A program made the translations under genes and the position numbers. DNA of 64,000 bases from NCBI GenBank assembly GCA_047947115.1, contig CP170459.1:832001-896000 (forward strand). The letters run 5' to 3'. The stretch comes from Verrucomicrobiota bacterium. GTDB lineage: Bacteria > Verrucomicrobiota > Verrucomicrobiia > Limisphaerales > AAA164-E04. The notes under the pieces are model-generated. The model did no database searches, was not told the DNA's origin, and was given only the letters and a program-made list of their open reading frames with translations. Positions 50,696-59,652 of the stretch are shown here, in pieces. Numbering within the stretch: the first letter of the stretch is position 1; every line of letters starts with the position of its first letter.

Positions 50696-50998
50696 TCGTG
50701 AACATGCATGCCACAAGGACGCGCCAGGGACGGCACGATCTACCCTATGACAATTGCAGGTAGTGTCCCGACAATTCGGGATCTCGATGCGCCCGCGAGC
50801 GGCAGCGATGCGGTTGTGGGGTGTCCAATGCCCTTGGGATTCCCTTTGCACGGCAATCGTGAACATGCATGCCACAAGGACGCGCCAGGGACGGCACGTT
50901 CTATCTAAAGTGTTACCCATGTCTTGCACTCACCGGGGACCTCTAATTCACTATTCACTATTTTAAATTCACTATTCAAAAGGACGGCACGTTCTACC
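50696..50998. repeat. Mosaic of family B and C REPs plus ATTCACT heptamers
   Basis: GCCACAAGGACGCGCCAGGGACGGCACG twice; GGTAGTGTCCCGACAATTCGGGATCTCGATGCG; heptamers at 50946-50978. Confidence 0.85.
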
Positions 50999-51111
50999 AC
51001 CTCACCACCCACTCAAAAAGGATGTTACGCGCCTGTAAAACAGCTCGTGAGAATTTCCTTTTGACGCGATCGTCAATCCCCCACATCCTGTCGGGCATCC
51101 AAGTCTACATC

Positions 51112-52689
51112 ATGAACACTTTAATGGTCTTTTTTTCGGAACGTTCACTGCGTGGCATCACGATCGCAATGCTTTGCGCGACGACCTCTTTAACCCTCTT
51201 CTCTACCTCAAGCATCCAGGCGGCGGACCGCCCCAATGTTGTACTGGTGATGGCGGATGATTTGGGTATCGGTGACATTTCGCCCACCAATCCGGATTGC
51301 AAAATCAAGACGCCCCGCCTGAAACGCATGGCTGCCGAGGGTTTGACCTTTGTGGATGCTCACACGCCCAGTTCGGTCTGCACACCCACACGATACGGTC
51401 TTCTTACCGGTCGTTACAACTGGCGATCACGTCTCGCGCGCGGCGTCCTCAGCGGCACGAGCGCACATTTGATCCCGGCAGATCGCCCCACACTGGGACA
51501 TCTGATGCGTGGCGCCGGCTACCACACCTCCATGATCGGCAAGTGGCACCTGGGTTGGGACTGGAACAAACCGGACGGAAAGGAAATTGATTTCACACAA
51601 CCCGTCTTGAACGGCCCCGACATCAATGGATTTGACCAATACTATGCCCACTGCGGATCTCTCGATATGCCGCCCTACGTGTGGGTGGATACCGGCCGTA
51701 TCACAGCGCAACCCGACCGTACGGAAGGCGTCACCAAGCAAGAGGATCGATACGGCTGGTATCGCAAAGGCCCCATAGGATCGGACTTTCACATTGATGA
51801 AGTGTTACCTCACTTATTCGGCAAGGCCATGGATCGAATCAAGGAACGCTCGGGCGAAGCCAAACAGGGCAATCCCTTCTTCATCTACCTGGCTCTTCCG
51901 GCTCCCCACACACCCATCGTTCCGGTTCCGCCTTTCAAGGATGCCAGCGGCTTGAATCCGTATGCCGATTTTGTGATGCAAGTGGATCATCACATGGGCG
52001 AGTTGTTGAACACCTTGAAAGAAGCCGGTATCGATCAAAACACACTGGTCCTGTTCACCAGCGACAATGGTTGTTCACCTGAAGCCAACTTTCCATTATT
52101 GGAAGAGCATGGACATGATCCGAGCGCAATCTACCGTGGACACAAGGCCGACATCTACGAAGGCGGTCATCGTGTTCCCCTGATCGCCCGATGGCCTGGT
52201 CACATCGAGAAGGGTCGCACCACCAAAGCCCTGGCCTGCCTGACCGATATATATGCCACCTTGGAAGACATCACCGGTCAAAACCGAAAAGCCCACGGGG
52301 GCGAGGATGGATTCAGCTTGTTGCCCGTCTTCAAAGGCGAAGAAACATCAGGACGTCATGCGTTGGTCAGTCATTCCATTGGAGGTTCGTTTGCGATTCG
52401 TGATGGCGATTGGAAACTTTGTTTATCGGCCGGCAGCGGAGGATGGAGCGACCCACGCGAAAACGTCGCCAAACAACAGGGACTCCCTCCCATCCAACTG
52501 TTCCATCTGGGAGTGGATCCAGGCGAAACCCACAATTTGTCAGCCATTTACCCTGAAAAAGTCGACGCATTGATTGGCCTGTTGAGCACCTATGTGGAAG
52601 AAGGACGCTCCACGCCGGGCAAAGCGATTTCAAACGACCGGGACATCCAGTTCCTGCCCGACGCGCTCACTTCGCCAAAAGCCAATTGA
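51112..52689 (+). CDS. Exported arylsulfatase (formylglycine-dependent, family S1)
   Basis: PNVVLVMADDLG, CTPTR, GKWHLG, APHTP, TSDNG, KADIYEGGHRVP. Confidence 0.95.
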   Translation: MNTLMVFFSERSLRGITIAMLCATTSLTLFSTSSIQAADRPNVVLVMADDLGIGDISPTNPDCKIKTPRLKRMAAEGLTFVDAHTPSSVCTPTRYGLLTGRYNWRSRLARGVLSGTSAHLIPADRPTLGHLMRGAGYHTSMIGKWHLGWDWNKPDGKEIDFTQPVLNGPDINGFDQYYAHCGSLDMPPYVWVDTGRITAQPDRTEGVTKQEDRYGWYRKGPIGSDFHIDEVLPHLFGKAMDRIKERSGEAKQGNPFFIYLALPAPHTPIVPVPPFKDASGLNPYADFVMQVDHHMGELLNTLKEAGIDQNTLVLFTSDNGCSPEANFPLLEEHGHDPSAIYRGHKADIYEGGHRVPLIARWPGHIEKGRTTKALACLTDIYATLEDITGQNRKAHGGEDGFSLLPVFKGEETSGRHALVSHSIGGSFAIRDGDWKLCLSAGSGGWSDPRENVAKQQGLPPIQLFHLGVDPGETHNLSAIYPEKVDALIGLLSTYVEEGRSTPGKAISNDRDIQFLPDALTSPKAN

Positions 52690-52721
52690 ATTCTTTCCCA
52701 ATCAAGCTTATATACAATTCT

Positions 52722-53204
52722 ATGGCAAAAGGCATTGAGTTATCATTAAAAGAAGGCGACAAAGCACCCGCGTTCAAGACAAGCACCAACGGAGGAACAA
52801 CGGTACAACTCAAGGATTTTAAGGGCAAATACGTCGTGTTGTATTTTTATCCCAAAGACAACACGCCAGGTTGCAACAAGGAAGCCTGCGCCTTTCGGGA
52901 TCGGCATGGCGAATTCGGCGAGGCCAACGCGGTGGTGTTGGGGGTCAGCGTTGATTCGGTCAAGTCACATGACAAATTTGTGGACAAGTTTGATCTGCCC
53001 TTTCAACTGCTGTCGGATGAGAGCAAGGAAATCGTCAATGCCTACGGGGTATGGGGACAGAAGCAATTCATGGGGCGTACATTTGACGGCACCCATCGCG
53101 TGACCTTTCTGATCGATCCCAAAGGCAAGATCGCCAAGATCTGGCCCAAGGTAAAACCGGAAACCCATCCGGCGGAAGTGTTGGAGGCGATTCAGGCATT
53201 GTAG
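52722..53204 (+). CDS. bcp: Thioredoxin-dependent thiol peroxidase (BCP/PrxQ)
   Basis: LYFYPKDNTPGCNKEAC, RVTFLID. Confidence 0.95.
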   Translation: MAKGIELSLKEGDKAPAFKTSTNGGTTVQLKDFKGKYVVLYFYPKDNTPGCNKEACAFRDRHGEFGEANAVVLGVSVDSVKSHDKFVDKFDLPFQLLSDESKEIVNAYGVWGQKQFMGRTFDGTHRVTFLIDPKGKIAKIWPKVKPETHPAEVLEAIQAL

Positions 53205-53227
53205 GGATTCTATTCGGAGGGGAACAC

Positions 53228-53530
53228 GACTGCGTGGATCTCGATGCGGGGGCGGGTTTTCCATTGTCCTTGGGTTTTCCATTGCACGGGAGTTGTGAAG
53301 ATGTATGCCACAAGGCACGCGCCGAGGACGGCACGTTCTACCTTATGGTAACCGCAGGTAGTGTCCCGACAAGTCGGGATCTCGATGCGCCCGCGAGCGT
53401 CAGCGATGCGGATGTGGGGTGGTTGAATGGTGAATGGTGAATTTAGAATGGTGAATTTGGGGTTTTCCTTTGCACGGCTGTTGTGAAGATGTATGCCACA
53501 AGGCACGCGCCGGGGACCGCACGTTCTACC
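53228..53530. repeat. Mosaic of family B and C REPs with TGAATGG heptamer insert
   Basis: Same module order as 50696-50905; heptamers at 53424-53458. Confidence 0.85.
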
Positions 53531-53542
53531 TGTGGGAGAACG

Positions 53543-53710
53543 TCACTTTTTCTTGAACCACCAGAGTTCGGGGAATTCTTCTTCGTCTCGATCTTTGGGT
53601 GGGGATTTCAACAAGATAACGATGACTGAGAGGCTCAACAGAACAGTCATCCCCAAAAGCAGGTATTTGGCGAAAGTCAGTAAGGCTCCTACAATATCCG
53701 GCATTTCCAT
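53543..53710 (-). CDS. Small single-TM hypothetical protein
   Basis: 55 aa, one hydrophobic helix and a charged tail; start uncertain. Confidence 0.45.
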   Translation of the reverse strand: MEMPDIVGALLTFAKYLLLGMTVLLSLSVIVILLKSPPKDRDEEEFPELWWFKKK

Positions 53711-53810
53711 CTTTAAGACTCCTGCGTTAAACATACGACACACATGATCCGCCACAATTGCATCAAACGGATTCACCCAACGCCCATGGCTCCTGAAATC
53801 TACTTGTAAC

Positions 53811-54719
53811 TTATCGAGCAGTTCTGCGCAAGCTGTTCAGAAGACCCAAAAGGCATCCCGCGACCAAGCCACCAATATGGGCTGTGTTGGCAACGCGCAT
53901 TCCGAACCCGGCCTCAAGGGCGCCCGACACCCCCAGCCCCAGCCAAAGCAGCATCATGAACACGACTCCCTGTGGCATGAACATTCCGGCTAAGGGATCG
54001 AACTTTCCTTTCATCCAGATGTATCCGAGCAAACCAAAGACCACGCCTGAGATCCCATAAAACATGGGGCCTGAGATGTAATACTGCGCGAGATTGGATA
54101 CCCCACCTGTTACAAGTACCACCACGACCAGCCATTTCCAACCCTGACGATATTCGATAATGGTTCCCAAAATACGCATCCACATCAGATTAAAAAAGAT
54201 GTGAATAAAAGAACCATGCATGAAAATGGGAGTAATCACACGCCAAACTTGTCCCTGCCTCACTTCTGGCAACCCAAGCGATCCTCCTCCGCGTTGGTAT
54301 TTGGATATGCCGAGCCATTTGAAAACCAATTCCTCATTCCAGAAAGACTGCAACAGAAACACCACACCGCAAATAACCATCAATATGAGTGTCAGACGTC
54401 CGGTGGAAACCTCGGGGCCGGGATTGGTAATCTCCCGACTGTCCTTCACTTTTTTAGCGTAAGCCTCTTTTTCAAGGGCTTCCCTGAGGCGTTGTTCCTT
54501 GGCCTTGGAGGCCGCATCGACAAAATGTTGGCCTTTTGGATTCGACTGAAATTCTCTGAGATAATCCTTCCCTCTTTCGACCTGGTCTTCGGATTGAATC
54601 CAGACCTCAAAACGATCACCCTGTTCACGATCCACCTGGTTGCCAATCCCCTGCGCATACAGAAAATCACCAAACGTGCGCGCATGATCCGCGCCTTGTA
54701 TATAACCTATCAATCTCAT
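53811..54719 (-). CDS. glpG: Rhomboid intramembrane serine protease, GlpG-like
   Basis: Soluble N-domain, WRVITPIFMH, HIFFN, GISGVVFG, NTAHIGGL. Confidence 0.9.
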   Translation of the reverse strand: MRLIGYIQGADHARTFGDFLYAQGIGNQVDREQGDRFEVWIQSEDQVERGKDYLREFQSNPKGQHFVDAASKAKEQRLREALEKEAYAKKVKDSREITNPGPEVSTGRLTLILMVICGVVFLLQSFWNEELVFKWLGISKYQRGGGSLGLPEVRQGQVWRVITPIFMHGSFIHIFFNLMWMRILGTIIEYRQGWKWLVVVVLVTGGVSNLAQYYISGPMFYGISGVVFGLLGYIWMKGKFDPLAGMFMPQGVVFMMLLWLGLGVSGALEAGFGMRVANTAHIGGLVAGCLLGLLNSLRRTAR

Positions 54720-54811
54720 GTTGCCTTTGAGTCCGGTGTTCCCCTGTGGAAAAGTCGCCAAAGAGGGGTATCCTCAACCATTTTCTCTTCCGAAACCAGC
54801 AAAAGTCTCCA

Positions 54812-57475
54812 TCATTGAGATTCCTCTCTCCCATCAGATAGAGGAGGGAAAGAAATCTCCGACCGGAAATACCGCGGACCGGTTCCTGGCAACCCAACTT
54901 CCCATTTCCACAATCCACGGCCATCATCAACGATTTCCAAAGGATCAACCGCTTGCCACTCGGCGTCGGGTTGAATGCTTGAGGCATACCTCAATTGAAA
55001 GCTCACTTCTGGATGATGGATTTTTGGAAAAGACAGAGTGAAATCCTCACGATTGATCCGCATCCGCCATTCATCAAACCGGATGGTTGGATCGGTTCCC
55101 AGGAAAAACTCGGCTCCATTGGTCCAGCCATCGCCATCGGCATCCTCATCGGGTTCGGTGCCTCCGGCAGCCTGATCACCAAACGCAGTGCTTTGCCACT
55201 GCTCATAGGTCCTGGACGAATTCAATGAAGTGATCCATGCCTGCATCAATTCGATCCCTGCATCATCCAGCACGTGACTACCCACCGGTGGCATACGTTT
55301 GGAACTTGCCTTGGAAATGCGTTGATACATCTCCGAACGATCAAGGTCGCCCGGAACAATCACGCGTTGTTCCACCGCTCCCTCATCCCGCACCAGGATG
55401 CCATTGAGAAGACCGGCTTCCAGCAAAGGAGTTTCGTAACGGGCATCCCAATAACCCAGGGCTTCCCCACCAGGTCGATGGCATTGTGAACAATTGGCGG
55501 CCAAATACGATTTCACGCGATGCGTCAGACTCGCCGAAGCATCACTCACGGCAACCATCGCCGGTAATTTTTCAATGTCACCGGGTTGCCCATCGAGATA
55601 GCCCATCTTATCGAGCCATTCAAGCTGCGAAACAGATGCTCCATCTCTCAAGACTTCACGATTCAACTGCGCAGTGTGGAATGCCAGGGCTTGGCCGGAG
55701 GTGGCGGTGTGGCACGCCAGGCATTCGCTCCGGCTCGGGTATCGCCATACCTGCTCAATGGTCTGATCACCATCCTGAATCACAAAGGTCTCGTCCTTTC
55801 CTGATGCATCGACCAAATGGGCGTTCTCCTGCTCCTCATCCCATCGATAAGTCAATCCGTAGATCCCACGCTCGCTCTTGACCAGAAACCGTGTTTCCAA
55901 TCGCCGCTTGCTGGACGGGTCACCACGAACCAACTCCAAGTCAAAATGCTTGATCCAAACCATTCCAGCGGGAAATGACCAAAGCCCCTGCGCACTCCAC
56001 CCGACAAGCCCCTCCGGATTAGGCACGGAAAACCAGCGGGATTTGATTGCATGATCCGACCAGAATGGTGTGTTGATTTCGTAGGGTATGATACCTTCGT
56101 GAGGCTCGAGTGTTTCAAGATCCCTGAATGCTCCAGTTTCTGCCAAAGTAGCTGGCAATGGAACTTCGGGGGTGGTCTCCGCTGCCACCAGACGCAAGAT
56201 GCGTCCGGAACCATGATCCGCCATCAATATGTCTCCCTGACGGGGATCGATCCCAAACCCTGCAATCCCGGAATCCCGCGCAAGATTCCACCATTGGATG
56301 ACCCGTTCGCCATCATGATGCAGTGCCCATATGTGACCGCTGACAAAATCCGCAAAAATGTAGGCCCCATACAATTCGCTATGAAGATTGCCTCGATAAA
56401 CCACGCCTCCGGTGATGGAGTTCCCTTGATTCAGGCGGGAACCGTGCTCGTATTCGAGCAAGGGAGGAATGTCTTCAAATCCCTCTGGCGCGCGACGAAT
56501 CCCCGGACCATTCATGGTACCTTCCTTGAAATACCAGCCGTAGTTGCCCCCCTTGACGATGATGTCCACTTCTTCCAGACGACCCTGCCCAACATCCCCC
56601 GCGTATAGCCTGCCCGTGACCGAATCGAACGACATGCGCCAGGGATTACGCAAGCCCACCGCCCAGAATTCCGTGCGTACTTTTGCTTTCTCGACCGGAC
56701 TGCCGAGGAATGAATCGGCATCCACAAAAGGATTGTCCTTGGGCACCAAATAATGTCCGATCACGCTTGGGTGTGGATTTGGAGGTAAGTTCCCCGGCAA
56801 TTCATCCACATCAATACGCAAAATCGCGGCAAAGAAATCCTTATCGATCTGTTGACTATTGCGAAAGGAATCGTTTGCGGCACCTTCGTCACCCAGAGCC
56901 ACGTAGAGGTAACCATCAGGCCCGAAATGCAGATCGCCTCCGTTGTGGTTGGAGGCTTCATCGTGTTGGTTGATGAGGATGGTTTCCGAGTCCGGCAAGC
57001 CGATGAAGGGTTGCTCAGGATCGACCTGAAACCTGGACAATCGATTGGGAGCACCCGATTCGTTGGCGGTATAAAACACAAAGAACAATCCATTCTCCTG
57101 AAAGCGCGGATGAAACGCCAACCCCAGCAAACCCTGCTCACCATTCCCTGATCCGGATCGCACACGCGATGAAATGTTCAGGAAGACATCGTCAGAAATT
57201 TCGGTTTCACCAAAGGTCATCATTCGGATACGCCCGGTTTTCTCAACGATAAACACCCGGTCCAGATGCCCCGGCATCTGAACGATACCGACGGGTGAAG
57301 AAAACCTTTTTCCCGGAAAAGCATCCTCCAGCTGATAATCCCCGGCAGGTAAAATTGGAGGCAGCGTCAAAGTGTTGTTACCGGGATGGGTTGCCCCGGA
57401 CGCAACGCCGGACAGCAGGCAGCATAACGCGAGACCCGCTTTGATGAGGCACTTTCCTTTGAATTCAAAAATCAT
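54812..57475 (-). CDS. Glucose/sorbosone dehydrogenase-type propeller fused to a di-haem cytochrome c (SO2930-like) and a C-terminal domain
   Basis: EQGLLGLAFHP, NHNGG, GLRNPWR, DVGQ, SITGG; PFWSD..KSRW, RRLETR, CLACH, CSQCH, RMPP. Confidence 0.88.
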   Translation of the reverse strand: MIFEFKGKCLIKAGLALCCLLSGVASGATHPGNNTLTLPPILPAGDYQLEDAFPGKRFSSPVGIVQMPGHLDRVFIVEKTGRIRMMTFGETEISDDVFLNISSRVRSGSGNGEQGLLGLAFHPRFQENGLFFVFYTANESGAPNRLSRFQVDPEQPFIGLPDSETILINQHDEASNHNGGDLHFGPDGYLYVALGDEGAANDSFRNSQQIDKDFFAAILRIDVDELPGNLPPNPHPSVIGHYLVPKDNPFVDADSFLGSPVEKAKVRTEFWAVGLRNPWRMSFDSVTGRLYAGDVGQGRLEEVDIIVKGGNYGWYFKEGTMNGPGIRRAPEGFEDIPPLLEYEHGSRLNQGNSITGGVVYRGNLHSELYGAYIFADFVSGHIWALHHDGERVIQWWNLARDSGIAGFGIDPRQGDILMADHGSGRILRLVAAETTPEVPLPATLAETGAFRDLETLEPHEGIIPYEINTPFWSDHAIKSRWFSVPNPEGLVGWSAQGLWSFPAGMVWIKHFDLELVRGDPSSKRRLETRFLVKSERGIYGLTYRWDEEQENAHLVDASGKDETFVIQDGDQTIEQVWRYPSRSECLACHTATSGQALAFHTAQLNREVLRDGASVSQLEWLDKMGYLDGQPGDIEKLPAMVAVSDASASLTHRVKSYLAANCSQCHRPGGEALGYWDARYETPLLEAGLLNGILVRDEGAVEQRVIVPGDLDRSEMYQRISKASSKRMPPVGSHVLDDAGIELMQAWITSLNSSRTYEQWQSTAFGDQAAGGTEPDEDADGDGWTNGAEFFLGTDPTIRFDEWRMRINREDFTLSFPKIHHPEVSFQLRYASSIQPDAEWQAVDPLEIVDDGRGLWKWEVGLPGTGPRYFRSEISFPPLSDGREESQ

Positions 57476-57555
57476 GAAGCAATCCTTCCACGCTTGGAGC
57501 ATTTGTCACCCCTTAACTTTGAAAACAATCTTACAAAAGATGTCGGGCGGTTGTT

Positions 57556-58032
57556 TCAAAGCCGATGCTTCATGGAAAGTTTTTCGATTTTTTCGGCGAG
57601 CAAATGTTTGTGCCGCATGGCCTCATCCCATTCACGTTCACTGCCATGTGAATCACCTTTTCGCTCCAACATTTCAGCGCGTTTCTGATGGAACCGGGAC
57701 AGGGCTGCGAGGCCCTGGAGATAAGACTGGTCACGGTCGGCATTGACCTGCTCTTCAAGCACCTGATTCGCATATTTCAAATGCATCTGCTGGGCTCTCA
57801 GTTCCTGACGCTGCAAATACAAGGCCCAAGTGATGAGGATGCAGGCCAATCCACTGAGAATGGAGGTCAAAGCACCAAAGGATTCTCCAAACTGCGCACG
57901 ACGATCGATGCGCCACATCAGTCCAGCCGCATCGAGCCCTTTATCAAGCAAATAGGGATACAACACGCAAAGTCCCAAAGTAGCGGACAAGGCAGTCAAC
58001 CAAAACCGGGTAGTTAATCTAGATTCATTCAT
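57556..58032 (-). CDS. Two-TM plus coiled-coil hypothetical protein
   Basis: QFGESFGALTSILSGLA...LYLQRQEL; start placed at ATG 58032. Confidence 0.65.
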   Translation of the reverse strand: MNESRLTTRFWLTALSATLGLCVLYPYLLDKGLDAAGLMWRIDRRAQFGESFGALTSILSGLACILITWALYLQRQELRAQQMHLKYANQVLEEQVNADRDQSYLQGLAALSRFHQKRAEMLERKGDSHGSEREWDEAMRHKHLLAEKIEKLSMKHRL

Positions 58033-58342
58033 AAGCGTTTCTCCAATCAATATATACATACGCCAAACCAATAAAACTGTCATTTTAAATGTCGCCGCAC
58101 ATAGCCGTGCAGAGCAGGTGACCGATATCCATACAGGATCCTGCTACCCTACCGTCACGTCGCAGCAGTTCGGTCGGAGACTACCGCCTTGGATAAGTCA
58201 GGCTAAGGTCTTGTAAATCGCGCTATTCAAAAACCACACAATACCGGAAGCACCAACTGCGCTTTATGCTTGGATATTCGCTCTCAGTCCGATTCAATCA
58301 TGGCATCCCGAATCGGACATTCTGAACAAAAAGGAATTTCGT

Positions 58343-59641
58343 ATGAAAAAGAACACGACCTTTGAATACCTATCGCCCGTGCGTCGCCGTGCGTTCATCG
58401 GACAACTGTTCGCAGCAGCCGGCTTCGCAACTGTGGACATGCGACGAACATTCGCGGCAGATAAGGCCGGCGATCAACCTTATCCCGGTTTCGTCTCACC
58501 CCACGCGCAGGAATGGAGCACGTTCAAACCGGAGATTCGCATCACTCGGCTGGAAACCTTTTTGATCCAGCCCCGGTGGTTGTTTCTGAAAATACACACC
58601 GACGCCGGCATCATAGGTCTGGGTGAACCCATCACCGAAGGCCGCGCCAAAACATGCGCCGCGGCGGTGGCTGAAATGGAACCTTACCTCGTCGGCAAAG
58701 ATCCACGCCATGTAGTGCATCATTGGCAGGCCCTGTACCGTCACACTTTTTACCGGGGAGGTCCGGTCCTGACCAGCGCCCTCAGCGGTATCGAACAGGC
58801 ATTGTGGGATATCAAGGGCAAGGCACTCGGCGTTCCTGTGTATGAATTGCTGGGAGGCCCGACCCGTGATCGCGTCAGGGTTTATGCACACGTCGGTAAC
58901 GATCCCGAACGCATCAAAGCCCGAAAAGCGGAAGGGTTCACCGCTTTCAAAACCGGGGTTCATTCTCGCAACGAACTGGGAGTGGTCGCATCTCAAGCCG
59001 ACATCGAAATGGCGGCAGAAACTTTTGCCCGGATTCGTGAGGCGGGTGGCAAGGATGTGGATATCGGGATCGATTTCCACGGCGCCATTTCGCCACAGAA
59101 CGCCAAACTTCTCATCAAGGTATTGGAACCCTATCAACCCCTGTTCATCGAAGAACCGGTCCAGTGCCAGAACGTGGATATCATGGCGGATATCGCCCGA
59201 GGCACCCATCTGCCTATTGCCACCGGCGAACGCATCTTCACCAAATGGGGATTCCGTGAGATACTTGAAAAAGGCGCCGCCAGCATCCTGCAACCCGATC
59301 TATGCCATGCAGGCGGGATCCTTGAGACACGTTTGATCGCCGGGATGGCCGAAGCCTATTATGCATCGATCGCACCGCACAATCCGCTTGGCCCGATTTC
59401 GCTGGCAGCCGGATTGCAGGTAGCCGCGTCAGTGCCCAACTTCCTCTGCCAGGAACAAGTCAGCCTGGGTGATGGTTATTTGAAACAACCTTTCAAAGTC
59501 GAAAAAGGCTATGTCAAAGTCCCCACCGCACCAGGCCTCGGTATCGAGCTGGATGAAGAGGCCATTCAGGATAAACTCGGTCACGACTGGCGCAATCCCG
59601 AAACCTACGACGAACGCGACGGATCCGTCGTGGATTGGTAA
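58343..59641 (+). CDS. dgoD: Galactonate dehydratase family (mandelate racemase subgroup) with N-terminal twin-Arg leader
   Basis: PRWLFLKI, FYRGGPVL, ALWDIKGK, DFHG, FIEEP, ATGER, APHNP. Confidence 0.88.
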   Translation: MKKNTTFEYLSPVRRRAFIGQLFAAAGFATVDMRRTFAADKAGDQPYPGFVSPHAQEWSTFKPEIRITRLETFLIQPRWLFLKIHTDAGIIGLGEPITEGRAKTCAAAVAEMEPYLVGKDPRHVVHHWQALYRHTFYRGGPVLTSALSGIEQALWDIKGKALGVPVYELLGGPTRDRVRVYAHVGNDPERIKARKAEGFTAFKTGVHSRNELGVVASQADIEMAAETFARIREAGGKDVDIGIDFHGAISPQNAKLLIKVLEPYQPLFIEEPVQCQNVDIMADIARGTHLPIATGERIFTKWGFREILEKGAASILQPDLCHAGGILETRLIAGMAEAYYASIAPHNPLGPISLAAGLQVAASVPNFLCQEQVSLGDGYLKQPFKVEKGYVKVPTAPGLGIELDEEAIQDKLGHDWRNPETYDERDGSVVDW

Positions 59642-59652
59642 CACCTTTTACA

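Noticed and set aside
53811..54719. Rhombosortase acting on the adjacent GSDH protein
   Set aside because: It has a GlpG-type soluble N-domain, and the neighbour lacks a GlyGly-CTERM transmembrane tail.
58141..58190. Possible REP arms (CTACCCTACC, GACTACC)
   Set aside because: No convincing stem and no match to the families defined here.
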